This document shows positions 23,939 through 33,447 of a DNA stretch of 64,000 bases, piece by piece. The stretch's first letter is position 1. Every line of letters starts with the position of its first letter. The notes beneath the pieces are model-generated. The model was not told the DNA's origin. It saw only the letters and a program-made list of their open reading frames with translations, and did not search any database. The stretch lies in IMG/VR virus record IMGVR_UViG_3300028558_000016, positions 406,014 through 470,013 of that record, one strand, 5' to 3'. The DNA comes from a virus. Both the position numbers and the translations under genes were made by a program.

Positions 23939-25657
23939 ATGAGCACTACCAGAAGCGAACGCAATGAGAGTTTCAAGAAGGCTTTTGTAATAAAAGCCAT
24001 TCCATTTCTCAAATCAATTTTTGCAAAAACTCAACTCGGTTACAATAGCATTGACGTCAAAAGCACTTGTGACAAACATGAAATCCCGACAAATGCCGTT
24101 CCAACGATGGTTGACCTCGGCATTTTAAAGATGCAAGGAGAAAAACGATCCGCAATGTACCATTGGAAAGGTGGTCTTATTAGTGATGATATGGCGGCAA
24201 GAATTTACGAAAGAATTCAGATGAACAAGCAACACGCCAAGATTAAAAAGAAAATGGAAGAACAACACGATAATAAGCTATCGAGCAAAAAGCTTGTTAA
24301 AGTGATTGGTTCTAAAAGACCGGTTGAATTTAAAAACGATCACGAAGCTGCCGCCATATTAAGATCAATGGTTGAAGTGTATGCTGGAACCAAGAACAAA
24401 GGAATGAAAACGGCAGGAATGATCCTCGAGATTATTAGAAAGGAAGTTAATAATGATACGTTGGCCGATAGAATTTTGAAAGGGCTTGTTGATGGAAATT
24501 ACATTACGGTCAATAAGAATTTAAACACGATCGACTTATACACCTGGAACGAAGATGAACCAAACGAGGAACATGCTCTATTTATGAAGGACATGATCAA
24601 GGAAACAGTAGGAGACGACAGACCAAACAGAATATTTAATTTCCTGATGTACCTCTATAAGTTTAAGACCTTCACACACGCTAAATTACGTTCAGAGGTT
24701 GTCAAGTTTAATTTGACTTATAATGACCAATCAGTCATCACGGCAGATGTTCTTGAATTCAGAGGTTCAAAAATCGATAGAGAGTATAAATGGAAATTGA
24801 GCGAAGCTCCATCAATACAGCTCGCAGAAGTGCTTGACCGAAAAGTAAAAGCATACGGAGCCAAATACAAAAAGGATTACACTCCTAAAAAGGAATCTCC
24901 TAAAATGGATAAACACGTCAAGGAAGAAAAGCCTAAAACAGTTGGTACAACCAACTATGGAGCTTCAACATTAACCGTGTTAGAATATCTTAAAACACAC
25001 GATCAGATGACAACTGATGAAGCGTGTGAGCTTCTTAAGCAAGACAAGCATACAATTTCCAATATATTCTGGAGATTGTGTAAGGATAAATTGACATACC
25101 GAGTTAAAATGAAAACCTATGCAATGGTTGGAAATTCAGCTCCTGTTAAAAAAGAAGAACCGGTTGTTGTAGTTCAACACGTAAACAAAGAAGTAATGAC
25201 ACATGATAATGATTTCTTAAGCAGTTTAAAATCTGCTTTGGACACCATGAGAGAGAAAGAGATTAAGCTTACAAGAGAATTGAATGATGTTAAGGAAAAG
25301 ATTAAAGAAGGTGAGGATCTTCTCGCCCTTAAGGAAAGAGAACATTCTTACATGGCTTCAATAGGAAAGTTTATAGGAAAGAAGAAAAATCCTGTCATTG
25401 ACCAAATATCGACAGCTCTTATAAAGAGCCAAGATAATGGAAGAAAGAGACACGCGCATGACAAACAAACGATACTTGATACTCTTAACAGAAAAGAACA
25501 AGTAACGCTTGATGAATTCATTGAAATATTTTATCCTGGAAAAGGTTTAAACTGGAACAGCGATGAAGTTAAATCACTATCTGCAATGATATATTCTTTG
25601 AAAAAGGATGGAAAAATTGAATCTCCGGAAAAAGCAATATACAAGTTGAAAAAGTAA
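23939..25657 (+). CDS. hypothetical protein (572 aa)
   Basis: Long ORF with no clear motif. Confidence 0.5.
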   Translation: MSTTRSERNESFKKAFVIKAIPFLKSIFAKTQLGYNSIDVKSTCDKHEIPTNAVPTMVDLGILKMQGEKRSAMYHWKGGLISDDMAARIYERIQMNKQHAKIKKKMEEQHDNKLSSKKLVKVIGSKRPVEFKNDHEAAAILRSMVEVYAGTKNKGMKTAGMILEIIRKEVNNDTLADRILKGLVDGNYITVNKNLNTIDLYTWNEDEPNEEHALFMKDMIKETVGDDRPNRIFNFLMYLYKFKTFTHAKLRSEVVKFNLTYNDQSVITADVLEFRGSKIDREYKWKLSEAPSIQLAEVLDRKVKAYGAKYKKDYTPKKESPKMDKHVKEEKPKTVGTTNYGASTLTVLEYLKTHDQMTTDEACELLKQDKHTISNIFWRLCKDKLTYRVKMKTYAMVGNSAPVKKEEPVVVVQHVNKEVMTHDNDFLSSLKSALDTMREKEIKLTRELNDVKEKIKEGEDLLALKEREHSYMASIGKFIGKKKNPVIDQISTALIKSQDNGRKRHAHDKQTILDTLNRKEQVTLDEFIEIFYPGKGLNWNSDEVKSLSAMIYSLKKDGKIESPEKAIYKLKK

Positions 25658-26154
25658 TGTCCTATGACGTCATATTAAAGGAAGTAGGTCGTGCTAAATT
25701 AGGAGTGGTTAAGACGATCATGGATCTAACTGGTCTTGGATTAAAAGACTCAAAGGACTTGGCAGATGATGTGGACCCTCGTGTTGGAAAAGGAAGAGTG
25801 ATAAGAAGAACAGATTCGCTCGAAGAAGCAGAGTCAGTAAAAATACCGCTTGAAAATGCTGGAGCAACAGTTGAAATCATGAATAATACTACATTGGAAA
25901 CAATACAATCAACATTAACGAGTTTCAAAGTTGTCACCAGCGGTTCAATATTGCAATACACATCTTCCACGCCAAGTTTAACTGGAATATTTGAACCTAT
26001 CGCTGGTACTGGGATTGGCGGGAAATCATTTCGCATTAATTACAGATCTAAAGATGGCGAAGATAAAACAGAAACAATAGAAGCTCCTACTTTAGAAATT
26101 GCTAAAACAAAGATACTTGATTTAGATTATGTTAACTACCACATGGGAGGTTGA
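25657..26154 (+). CDS. protein with an N-terminal ribosomal bL12 (L7/L12) C-terminal-domain homologue plus an about 90-aa extension
   Basis: YDVILKEVGRAKLGVVKTIMDLTGLGLKDSKDLADDV...LEEAESVKIPLENAGATVEIMN aligns closely with the E. coli L7/L12 CTD ([38 protein letters not shown]...LEEAGAEVEVK); the L10-binding N-terminal domain is absent. Confidence 0.7.
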   Translation: MSYDVILKEVGRAKLGVVKTIMDLTGLGLKDSKDLADDVDPRVGKGRVIRRTDSLEEAESVKIPLENAGATVEIMNNTTLETIQSTLTSFKVVTSGSILQYTSSTPSLTGIFEPIAGTGIGGKSFRINYRSKDGEDKTETIEAPTLEIAKTKILDLDYVNYHMGG

Positions 26155-26185
26155 AACAAGTTAACATCTGTGCCATAAAATTGAT

Positions 26186-26896
26186 ATGGCATTATTACCA
26201 CATTACAGACCTGTTATGGTCTCCTCCGAACTTGTAAAAGTTCAACCGATGTCTCCTCCCGATGGAACGGCCCTGTTAGCATATATGGATGTTAAATACG
26301 AATCAAAAATGGAAAAGAAAAGCAGAAGGAAAAGCACGATGAGACGTTTTAAAATAAAATATACAAATACAAAAGGTGTTGTAAAAACTCGTAACATCAA
26401 AGCCACAAGCGAAGAGAGGGCAATGTCTGAAATTAAAGACATGGGTCAACATCATTATACTATCGTGGAATCTCTTGATGAGCCTGATCCTGTCAATCCA
26501 TGCAAAGAAGTAAAACTTGATTTATCCAAGTTCACACGTCCCGGAATTTATTCAAGAGAAAATGATCAAAATCTTGGACGGTTGGAAAGATTAGAAAAAT
26601 GGTCAACCGTTATCACTGGTTTAGCTGGTTCTGGGAAAAGTAATCTTAGTGCTGAAAAAATAGGATGGCTTAGCGAATATGCAGCAAACCATGCACAATG
26701 GGAATCATCTTCAAATTCCATTTACACTCCATATTTAGATACTTGGGATGACAGTAGCCATGCTGCGATGAAAATAGCTGACAATTCATCGTATGGAATT
26801 TTTACTGAGTTACCTATTGCGAGACGAGTATTTTCATCACTTACGCCGCAATCGGCAATTGATGTCTCTCCTTTGAACGCGGAGAAAAAGAACTAA
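26186..26896 (+). CDS. hypothetical protein with a weak P-loop-like motif
   Basis: ITGLAGSGKSNL. Confidence 0.4.
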   Translation: MALLPHYRPVMVSSELVKVQPMSPPDGTALLAYMDVKYESKMEKKSRRKSTMRRFKIKYTNTKGVVKTRNIKATSEERAMSEIKDMGQHHYTIVESLDEPDPVNPCKEVKLDLSKFTRPGIYSRENDQNLGRLERLEKWSTVITGLAGSGKSNLSAEKIGWLSEYAANHAQWESSSNSIYTPYLDTWDDSSHAAMKIADNSSYGIFTELPIARRVFSSLTPQSAIDVSPLNAEKKN

Positions 26897-27368
26897 CGAT
26901 CCTGAATTCAATGTTTGGATTTTGTTCTTCCATTTTAGTTAATCTACTTTCAAAATTTTCATCTTTTGGATTTCTTACGATCTCTATCGATGATATAAAT
27001 CTTTTTATTCCTTTGATTTCTTTCTTAGTAATTCTTTCTTCTCTTTCATCTCCATATAATTCTCTTCTCTCCTTATAATCCATGTGTTCTGGATCATAAA
27101 ACATTGGATCTTTTTCTGGGTCATAAAGGAATGGTTCAAAATGGAATTTATCACTCATGGCATCTCCGTCAAAAGTTATTCTACAATTTCTTCTATGGAA
27201 TTTGAATAATGGATTTCGTGTGAATGAAATATAATCGAACATGGCAGATGATTCCATTCTATCTTCCTCGAGTATTCCCTCAAGCGAATCAAACAAAGTA
27301 AAATGGTAAATTGAACCTACTTGTTTTTTCTCACATACAAATGACTCGAATGTTCTCAAATGCCTCAT
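26841..27368 (-). CDS. MKHIKLFE-leader family member (N-terminus MRHLRTFESFV); inverted inside the + block
   Basis: N-terminal motif; opposite strand. Confidence 0.45.
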   Translation of the reverse strand: MRHLRTFESFVCEKKQVGSIYHFTLFDSLEGILEEDRMESSAMFDYISFTRNPLFKFHRRNCRITFDGDAMSDKFHFEPFLYDPEKDPMFYDPEHMDYKERRELYGDEREERITKKEIKGIKRFISSIEIVRNPKDENFESRLTKMEEQNPNIEFRIVSSFSPRSKERHQLPIAA

Positions 27369-27548
27369 GGTCTATATATTCAAAATCATTTATCTATTCT
27401 CTATTATACAACAGCTTAATAGCCAGTTAGTTATGTACTTCTAACTGCTTGATAATCAATAGATTAGATTTCCATTTATTAATGGAAATATTTTTTTATA
27501 TGATAAAAATTTAGTAATTTTACTATGTAAATCATTATAAACCAACTT

Positions 27549-28556
27549 ATGAAAAAGCAAACTAAAAAAACAAGCAAACCTGCTGCAAAAAAACCTGCTG
27601 CAAAAAAATCAACAAAACCTGCAAAGAAAGTTACGGCTAAAAAACCGGCAAAACCTTCTGCAAAGAAACCATCTGCTAAAAAACCAGCAAAAAAAGTTGT
27701 TGCTGCGAAACCAGCGAAACCGGTTTCTAAAAAACCATTTAAGCTGGATCCCAAAGTAGGTACAATCATTGTTTTAAGCAAACCTGTAACTGCACCAGTT
27801 AGCAAAAGCAAAAAACCACACATTTCTGGTTTTATTCCAACTGTGGCTGTTGACAAAAAACAAAAGTTTAAAAAACCTGCAATCGTTCAAACTGAACATG
27901 GTCTTGGTTTAGTTTATGAACATGAACCAAAAGTTTCTGTAAAACAAGGTCCATTTAATTCAATTGAAAAAACCATTGTTCACTTGGTGAAAGATAACAT
28001 GGAGCCAAGGACAATGAATGGTCAACCTAAAAAAATTCTGACCAATAATTTCTCAGTTATTAAACCTGCTGAAGAAATTAAAGTTGAAAGAACAAAACGT
28101 GTTAAAGGTGAACCTTCAAACAAGGATTTCAGCAAGTATAAATTCCAAGGAAAACTTTTAAGCAAAGGAAGATTGATCCTTGCAGTTATCGCAAAATTCG
28201 CTGAAGACAACAATCCTTCAATGATTGAATTGAATACCGCATTCCCTCATGAATTAATTCGTCCTTACGGTAAAGGTTTATTCGTTTCTCTTGAAGAAGC
28301 TGAGAGAATTAACACTGAGTCAAAACGTACAAGGTTCTTCACAAACAAAGAAGATGTTGTGAAAATCAAAGGTGCTAAAGTTGCGGTGTCAAACCAAATC
28401 GATGGTGAACTTGTAAAACGTTTCTTACCTATCGCGGAAAAACATGGTTGCAAAATAACCATGGAGAATTCAACAGAAGTTAAACCTGTTGTCATCGGTG
28501 GCCCAAAGGTTACCAATAACATGGAAATCGGAAGCGAAGCTTATATGAGTAACTAA
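27549..28556 (+). CDS. lysine/alanine/proline-repeat (histone H1-like) protein with a C-terminal globular domain
   Basis: N-terminal 80 aa made of KKPAAKK / AKKPAKP repeats. Confidence 0.55.
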   Translation: MKKQTKKTSKPAAKKPAAKKSTKPAKKVTAKKPAKPSAKKPSAKKPAKKVVAAKPAKPVSKKPFKLDPKVGTIIVLSKPVTAPVSKSKKPHISGFIPTVAVDKKQKFKKPAIVQTEHGLGLVYEHEPKVSVKQGPFNSIEKTIVHLVKDNMEPRTMNGQPKKILTNNFSVIKPAEEIKVERTKRVKGEPSNKDFSKYKFQGKLLSKGRLILAVIAKFAEDNNPSMIELNTAFPHELIRPYGKGLFVSLEEAERINTESKRTRFFTNKEDVVKIKGAKVAVSNQIDGELVKRFLPIAEKHGCKITMENSTEVKPVVIGGPKVTNNMEIGSEAYMSN

Positions 28557-28882
28557 TGAAAGAATTATTAACTATATTGGAAACTGCTGCCAAATCGGTA
28601 GCATTTCCGCCGACGATAAAATACATTTGTGTTTGCCGTGCGAGTTTATGCGGTGCAGAAAGAGAACGCCAATTGCCATCGTTCATTCAATCTAAAAGTG
28701 CATTAACCATAAATTTGTGGTTGATGCCAGAAGTTGCCGCTGGATTCAAATACAGAGAAGCGTGCAAAATCGCGTGTGAGGAACTCCAATCCCAATTGGG
28801 AGAAGGATATAACGTTGGAACATGTCCAACGAAAAGTGATCTAATTATGTCAAATGACAATTTTATAACAATAAACAAATGA
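28556..28882 (+). CDS. Cys-rich hypothetical protein (108 aa)
   Basis: ORF. Confidence 0.4.
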   Translation: MKELLTILETAAKSVAFPPTIKYICVCRASLCGAERERQLPSFIQSKSALTINLWLMPEVAAGFKYREACKIACEELQSQLGEGYNVGTCPTKSDLIMSNDNFITINK

Positions 28883-29022
28883 AAAAGTTTTGGAAAGAAT
28901 ACTCAGAAACATTTTGGGTAGTAACAATGATGCTGGGATGCCTTTGTGGATTATTTTTTGTTCAAGCGAGCAGAAATGAAAAAGCTGAAAAAAAGCCTTC
29001 TACATTAACCATTCCAAAATAA
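28879..29022 (+). CDS. small membrane protein (47 aa; not in the ORF track)
   Basis: ATGA overlap with the upstream stop; hydrophobic core VVTMMLGCLCGLFFV. Confidence 0.3.
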   Translation: MKKFWKEYSETFWVVTMMLGCLCGLFFVQASRNEKAEKKPSTLTIPK

Positions 29023-29079
29023 TTCTCTTTGAGTAACATGGTTGGTTAACCTTGATTTACATACTCAAAGTTGAAGAGG

Positions 29080-29107
29080 AAGCCCCGAAAGGGGCTTTTT
29101 CTTTTTT
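29080..29107 (+). terminator. rho-independent terminator
   Basis: AAGCCCC-GAAA-GGGGCTT followed by TTTTCTTTTTT. Confidence 0.75.
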
Positions 29108-29153
29108 AGAAACTTTTTGTTCTGACGGTGATATTATTTATGATATTATTTAT

Positions 29154-29573
29154 ATGATCACTGCTTGCGGCATAATTGTTTTATACGAAAACAAAGTTCT
29201 TCTTTGTCACCCAACTAATTCTCGTTGGGAAGGAACTTATGGTGTTCCTAAAGGCAGAATAGAAGAAGGCGAAGAAACAATAGATTGTGCTGTAAGAGAA
29301 TTTTTCGAAGAAACAGGCATCATAATAGATAAAGATAAATTGAATGCCAAGACCATTATTGGTTATAAGAATTATCAGTCGGGCGAAGTCTACAAAGAAC
29401 TTTGCTTATTCATACACAAAATCAATCACCTATCAGAGATAGGACTCGATAATGAGGTTATCCCACAATCTCAATTACAGATAACAGAAATAGATTGGTG
29501 CGGATTCTTAACAAAAGATGAAGCAACACCAAAAATGTTTATCAAACAAATCCCAGTATTAAATTTTCTATAA
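29154..29573 (+). CDS. NUDIX hydrolase
   Basis: Nudix box GRIEEGEETIDCAVREFFEETG; start trimmed to the ATG downstream of the terminator. Confidence 0.7.
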   Translation: MITACGIIVLYENKVLLCHPTNSRWEGTYGVPKGRIEEGEETIDCAVREFFEETGIIIDKDKLNAKTIIGYKNYQSGEVYKELCLFIHKINHLSEIGLDNEVIPQSQLQITEIDWCGFLTKDEATPKMFIKQIPVLNFL

Positions 29574-29625
29574 TTTCTTTTTTACTATATTAGCTTCAAC
29601 CATCAATCACTGATAACTGAGGCGT

Positions 29626-30075
29626 ATGAAATTGTTCCTGATAAAAGAGATTAAAAGCAAAGAAGGTGAATTACACTTTCGCAGATGGAGATTGCTTTCA
29701 ACTCCTTGGTTCAATATCTACGTTCATGGAATTTATAAAGAGGATGAAGATGCACATCTGCACGATCATCCGTGGAATTATCTCTCGATCGTGTTGAGAG
29801 GTTATTTCTCCGAGAAGACTTTGAACTATGATGTAATTACGGACGAGAAAGCAAAGGAATGGAAAAGCAGAAGAATAGAAGAAATAGTTGTTGGACCAAG
29901 CTCTTTTATTTATAGAAAAGCCGAGTCATTTCACAAGATACAAAAATTGCATTCTAAATCAGTATACACTTTGTTCTTCACTGGAAAAAGAAAAAGAGAA
30001 TGGGGATATGATGTTAATGGTCGTTGGATCGATAATGTCACATATAGGAAGATGAAGAACGAAAACAAGTTGTAA
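29626..30075 (+). CDS. hypothetical protein (149 aa)
   Basis: ORF with a His-rich patch HLHDHPWN. Confidence 0.45.
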   Translation: MKLFLIKEIKSKEGELHFRRWRLLSTPWFNIYVHGIYKEDEDAHLHDHPWNYLSIVLRGYFSEKTLNYDVITDEKAKEWKSRRIEEIVVGPSSFIYRKAESFHKIQKLHSKSVYTLFFTGKRKREWGYDVNGRWIDNVTYRKMKNENKL

Positions 30076-30090
30076 CCAAAATAAACAAAT

Positions 30091-30351
30091 ATGGCAAATC
30101 TAAGAAAAAACATCGCGCGAAAAAGACAACTCGCAAAAAGAAATCACATCATTCGCAGAAATGCAGGTGAAGCGACAGAACTACAGGTTAAAAAGAACTA
30201 CACCGTTAGAGCCGGTTCAAAGGTAGGTCTTATGGAAACTATCGAGAAAGTTAAGGTTGTTAGAAAGGATAACAATATCCCACCAACAAAACCTTCTTTT
30301 GTTTTCCACAAGTATGGGAAAAATAGCGTACGTAAATTTAAAGTTGCGTAA
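30091..30351 (+). CDS. small, very basic protein (86 aa)
   Basis: R/K-rich; composition resembles ribosomal or nucleic-acid-binding proteins. Confidence 0.4.
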   Translation: MANLRKNIARKRQLAKRNHIIRRNAGEATELQVKKNYTVRAGSKVGLMETIEKVKVVRKDNNIPPTKPSFVFHKYGKNSVRKFKVA

Positions 30352-30352
30352 C

Positions 30353-30508
30353 ATGAAGAAATTTATGGATCTCCTTGACAAGGACAAAAAGAACATTGTA
30401 CCAATCATCATGGTGACTATAATGTTCGCATGCGCGATAATCATCTCATTGAAGAATGATCGTGAAGCAAAAACAAAAATGGAAAGTAAAATAAATATAA
30501 ACAAATAA
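30353..30508 (+). CDS. small membrane protein (51 aa)
   Basis: TM helix IVPIIMVTIMFACAIIISL. Confidence 0.3.
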   Translation: MKKFMDLLDKDKKNIVPIIMVTIMFACAIIISLKNDREAKTKMESKININK

Positions 30509-30520
30509 AAACAAAAACAA

Positions 30521-30712
30521 ATGAAAACAGCAGAAAGTTTAAAAGCTCTTGTTGAGACCTTAGCGTCAGACGAGCAAAAATTCAGTGATGGAAACAATTC
30601 AGCAGGTTCTCGCATGAGAAAAACCTTGCAGGAGATTAAGAAACTCGCACAAGCCGGCCGTGTGGATGTTCTTGCTAAACAAAAAGCAAACAAGCCTGCA
30701 AAAGCGAAGTAA
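30521..30712 (+). CDS. small basic (histone-like?) protein, 63 aa
   Basis: Lys-rich C-terminus KQKANKPAKAK. Confidence 0.4.
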   Translation: MKTAESLKALVETLASDEQKFSDGNNSAGSRMRKTLQEIKKLAQAGRVDVLAKQKANKPAKAK

Positions 30713-30743
30713 TTAATTAACCGTTCGTAATCACAACAATTAA

Positions 30744-33260
30744 ATGATGACTCCAACTGAAAGAATCGGCGACCTCGTGTTGCCACAGGGAACTTACGTT
30801 CTCATTCAGGATGGATCAAACGGTCAGGTCGATGTCATTGTTGGTCCAAACAAGACTGCAATGCAGGAAACAGACAAACCTGTGATCTATAAACCTGAAA
30901 CTGGTCGGTTTGAAAAAATCTCGAATGCGCTTGATGCGGTTCAGAGTTTTTCCACCGCAAACGAAGGACAGTACATCGTCCTTCATAATCCTTCCAAAGG
31001 AAACAAAGAACACCCTAACAAGGGAAGAAACACCGAGTCCACAGAATTAAGCATTGGAAATAAGATCAACATCACCGGTCCACAATCTTTCGCTTTATTT
31101 CCTGGACAACACGCGCAAATAATCGACGGACACCAACTCAAATCAAACGAATACTTGGTTGTGAGAGTGTACAACGAGGAATCTGCAAAAGAAAACATCG
31201 CAAAAGCGATAGTTAAAGCGGCAGAAGGCGCTGAGAAAAAGAAAAGCGAAATCAAAAAGGAAGATCTTGTTAATGGAAAATTGTTCATTATCAAAGGTAC
31301 TGAGATTTCGTTCTACATTCCTCCAACCGGTATTGAAGTAGTGAAAGAGCCAACAAGCAATTCTTACGTAAGGAAAGCTGTTACTCTTGAAAGACTTGAG
31401 TATTGCATTCTTCTTGAGCAAAATGGAAACAAACGTTACGTAAAAGGTCCTGATGTTGTGTTTCCTGAACCAACAGAAGAATTCATAGGACAAAACGGAA
31501 ACAACAAGTTCAGAGCTCTTGAATTAAACGATAACATGGGTATTTATATCAAGGTTATTGCGGACTACAAAGATGGAGACAATGAACACAAAGCAGGTGA
31601 TGAAATGTTCATCACCGGAAAAGAACAAAAAATTTATTACCCACAGCCTGAACATGCCATCATTAAATATGGCGATCAAATAATCCATTATGCAATTGCA
31701 ATTCCTTCCGGAGAAGGTCGTTACATTCTTAACAAGAATAACGGAGCAGTTGAAATGGTTAAAGGTCCAAAAATGTTCTTGCCAGATCCACGTAAGGAAG
31801 TTGTTGTTAAGAGAATTCTTGATGACAAGACTGTGGAATTGTTCTATCCTGGAAATTCCGAAGCGGTGGAATACAACCGCGAACTTCAAGGAGTAATGGA
31901 CACTCTTGAAGAAGATGAAAACTCACGCTCATTCTCAAATTCCGGAAGATACTTCTCTGCTGGAAATATGGGAGGAAGCAACAGAAGCCACGCACAATTA
32001 AATGAGTTCCTCGATCTTTCTGCACAAGGAAGCTTAGGATTAGAAGGTCCTTTAGGAAACTCAACACTTTCGAGATCTAAATCTGCTTCTTCGTCCACTA
32101 TGAAGCGTTCAACCAAACACACCAAACCAAGAACCATCACCCTTGATACTAAATATGAGGGAGTTGTTTCCATGAACGTTTGGCCTGGTTACGCTATACA
32201 AGTGATTAAGAAGAATGGAGAACGCGAAGTAGTGTATGGCCCTAAGGTCGTATTGCTTGAATACGATGAGACGTTAGAAGTTCTTGAGCTTTCTACTGGA
32301 AAACCTAAGAGTGATGGAAACCTCATCAAAACAGTTTACCTGCAAACAAACAACAACATTGTTTCAGACATCATCGAGGTTGAGACCAAGGATTCTGTCA
32401 CAGTGTCTATAAGATTGTCTTACAGAGTTAACTTCAAAGAAGACGATGCGAAAAAATGGTTTACCGTATCCAACTACGTGAAGCTTCTAACACAACACCT
32501 GCGTTCAGTTGTAAGAAACAGCGTGAAGAAGAACACCATCGAAGAATTCAACAACGCGGCAACAGACATCATACGTAACATAATTCTCGGAGAACCAAAA
32601 GATGGTAAGCGCGAAGGAAAATACTTCGAGGAAAATGGAATGAATGTGTATGACGTTGAAGTATTAAACATCAAAATCGGTGACGATAGAATCGCATCGA
32701 TGTTAAAAGATGCTCAGTACAACACCGTTGAAAAGAATCTTCTCATCGCAAAAGAAAAGAAGAACCTGGAGTACGTTAAGGAAACAGAGGGATTCAAAAG
32801 AGAGAGGATCAAAGAGGAAGCAAGTACGGAAGAACAACGTATGGTAAGCTTACTCGAAAAAATACAGTCCGATGCAAAAGCTGAACTTGAGAAATTAAAG
32901 AACGAAGAAGCTGCACAAGCTTCTAAGAGCAAAATCGCCGATGATGTTCTCGAAAGAGAAAGAAAATCGAAAGAAATGATCTTGAATTTCTTAAGCAAAG
33001 AAGCTGACATCGAGATTAAGAAAGTGAAAGAGAAGATGGAAGCAGTAACTCCAGGACTTATTGAAGCGATCACATCGCTTGGTACAGTTTCGTTATCAGA
33101 AATTCTTGCTAAGAACCTCAGAGCTCAAACGAGCGGATTGCATGGAATATTCCCTGAAGGCGGAATGGATGGATTAATGCACACCATCAAAGGAACAGCT
33201 CTTGAAAAACAATTTACTGACTTGCTTAACAAGCATGCAAAAACTCCAATAACCAACTAA
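30744..33260 (+). CDS. major vault protein (MVP) homologue, 838 aa
   Basis: N-terminus PQGTYVLIQDGSNGQVDVIVGPNKTAMQETDKPV matches MVP [33 protein letters not shown]; MVP-repeat-like GDEMFITGKEQKIYYP (compare GDEWLFEGPGTYIP); shoulder-domain block DIIEVETKDSVTVSIRLSYRVNF...FTVSNYVKLLTQHLRSVVRNSV matches MVP [23 protein letters not shown]...; Glu/Lys-rich coiled coil near the C-terminus. Confidence 0.75.
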   Translation: MMTPTERIGDLVLPQGTYVLIQDGSNGQVDVIVGPNKTAMQETDKPVIYKPETGRFEKISNALDAVQSFSTANEGQYIVLHNPSKGNKEHPNKGRNTESTELSIGNKINITGPQSFALFPGQHAQIIDGHQLKSNEYLVVRVYNEESAKENIAKAIVKAAEGAEKKKSEIKKEDLVNGKLFIIKGTEISFYIPPTGIEVVKEPTSNSYVRKAVTLERLEYCILLEQNGNKRYVKGPDVVFPEPTEEFIGQNGNNKFRALELNDNMGIYIKVIADYKDGDNEHKAGDEMFITGKEQKIYYPQPEHAIIKYGDQIIHYAIAIPSGEGRYILNKNNGAVEMVKGPKMFLPDPRKEVVVKRILDDKTVELFYPGNSEAVEYNRELQGVMDTLEEDENSRSFSNSGRYFSAGNMGGSNRSHAQLNEFLDLSAQGSLGLEGPLGNSTLSRSKSASSSTMKRSTKHTKPRTITLDTKYEGVVSMNVWPGYAIQVIKKNGEREVVYGPKVVLLEYDETLEVLELSTGKPKSDGNLIKTVYLQTNNNIVSDIIEVETKDSVTVSIRLSYRVNFKEDDAKKWFTVSNYVKLLTQHLRSVVRNSVKKNTIEEFNNAATDIIRNIILGEPKDGKREGKYFEENGMNVYDVEVLNIKIGDDRIASMLKDAQYNTVEKNLLIAKEKKNLEYVKETEGFKRERIKEEASTEEQRMVSLLEKIQSDAKAELEKLKNEEAAQASKSKIADDVLERERKSKEMILNFLSKEADIEIKKVKEKMEAVTPGLIEAITSLGTVSLSEILAKNLRAQTSGLHGIFPEGGMDGLMHTIKGTALEKQFTDLLNKHAKTPITN

Positions 33261-33390
33261 ATTGGAAAGATAGTAGAGTAGTGTAGTAGTTCATGTGTTA
33301 ATGTTTATTTGGTTAGCTTGAAGGCCATTCGCGAGAATGGCTTTCTCGTTTAACAACCCTGAGTCTTGAGGGGTAAATGCACCAGCAGAG

Positions 33391-33447
33391 AGATTACGGA
33401 GTCCAACCTCTGAGTGATACTGCTGGTTTTTTTGTGATATATACTTC
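33391..33447 (+). terminator. terminator within a structured intergenic region
   Basis: ACCAGCAG ... CTGCTGGT (8-bp stem) followed by TTTTTTT; two further hairpins lie upstream (GCCATTC-GCGAGA-GAATGGC and CCCT...AGGG). Confidence 0.55.

Noticed and set aside
25662-26036. 124-aa − strand ORF
   Set aside because: It is the antisense of the well-supported bL12-CTD gene.
27479-27856. 125-aa − strand ORF
   Set aside because: It is the antisense of the low-complexity KKPAAKK repeat region of the H1-like gene and is composition-driven.
30091-30351. Basic 86-aa protein as a ribosomal protein (bL19, bL21, bL27 or bS21)
   Set aside because: Comparison with remembered consensus sequences gave no convincing motif match; it is left as an uncharacterised basic protein.
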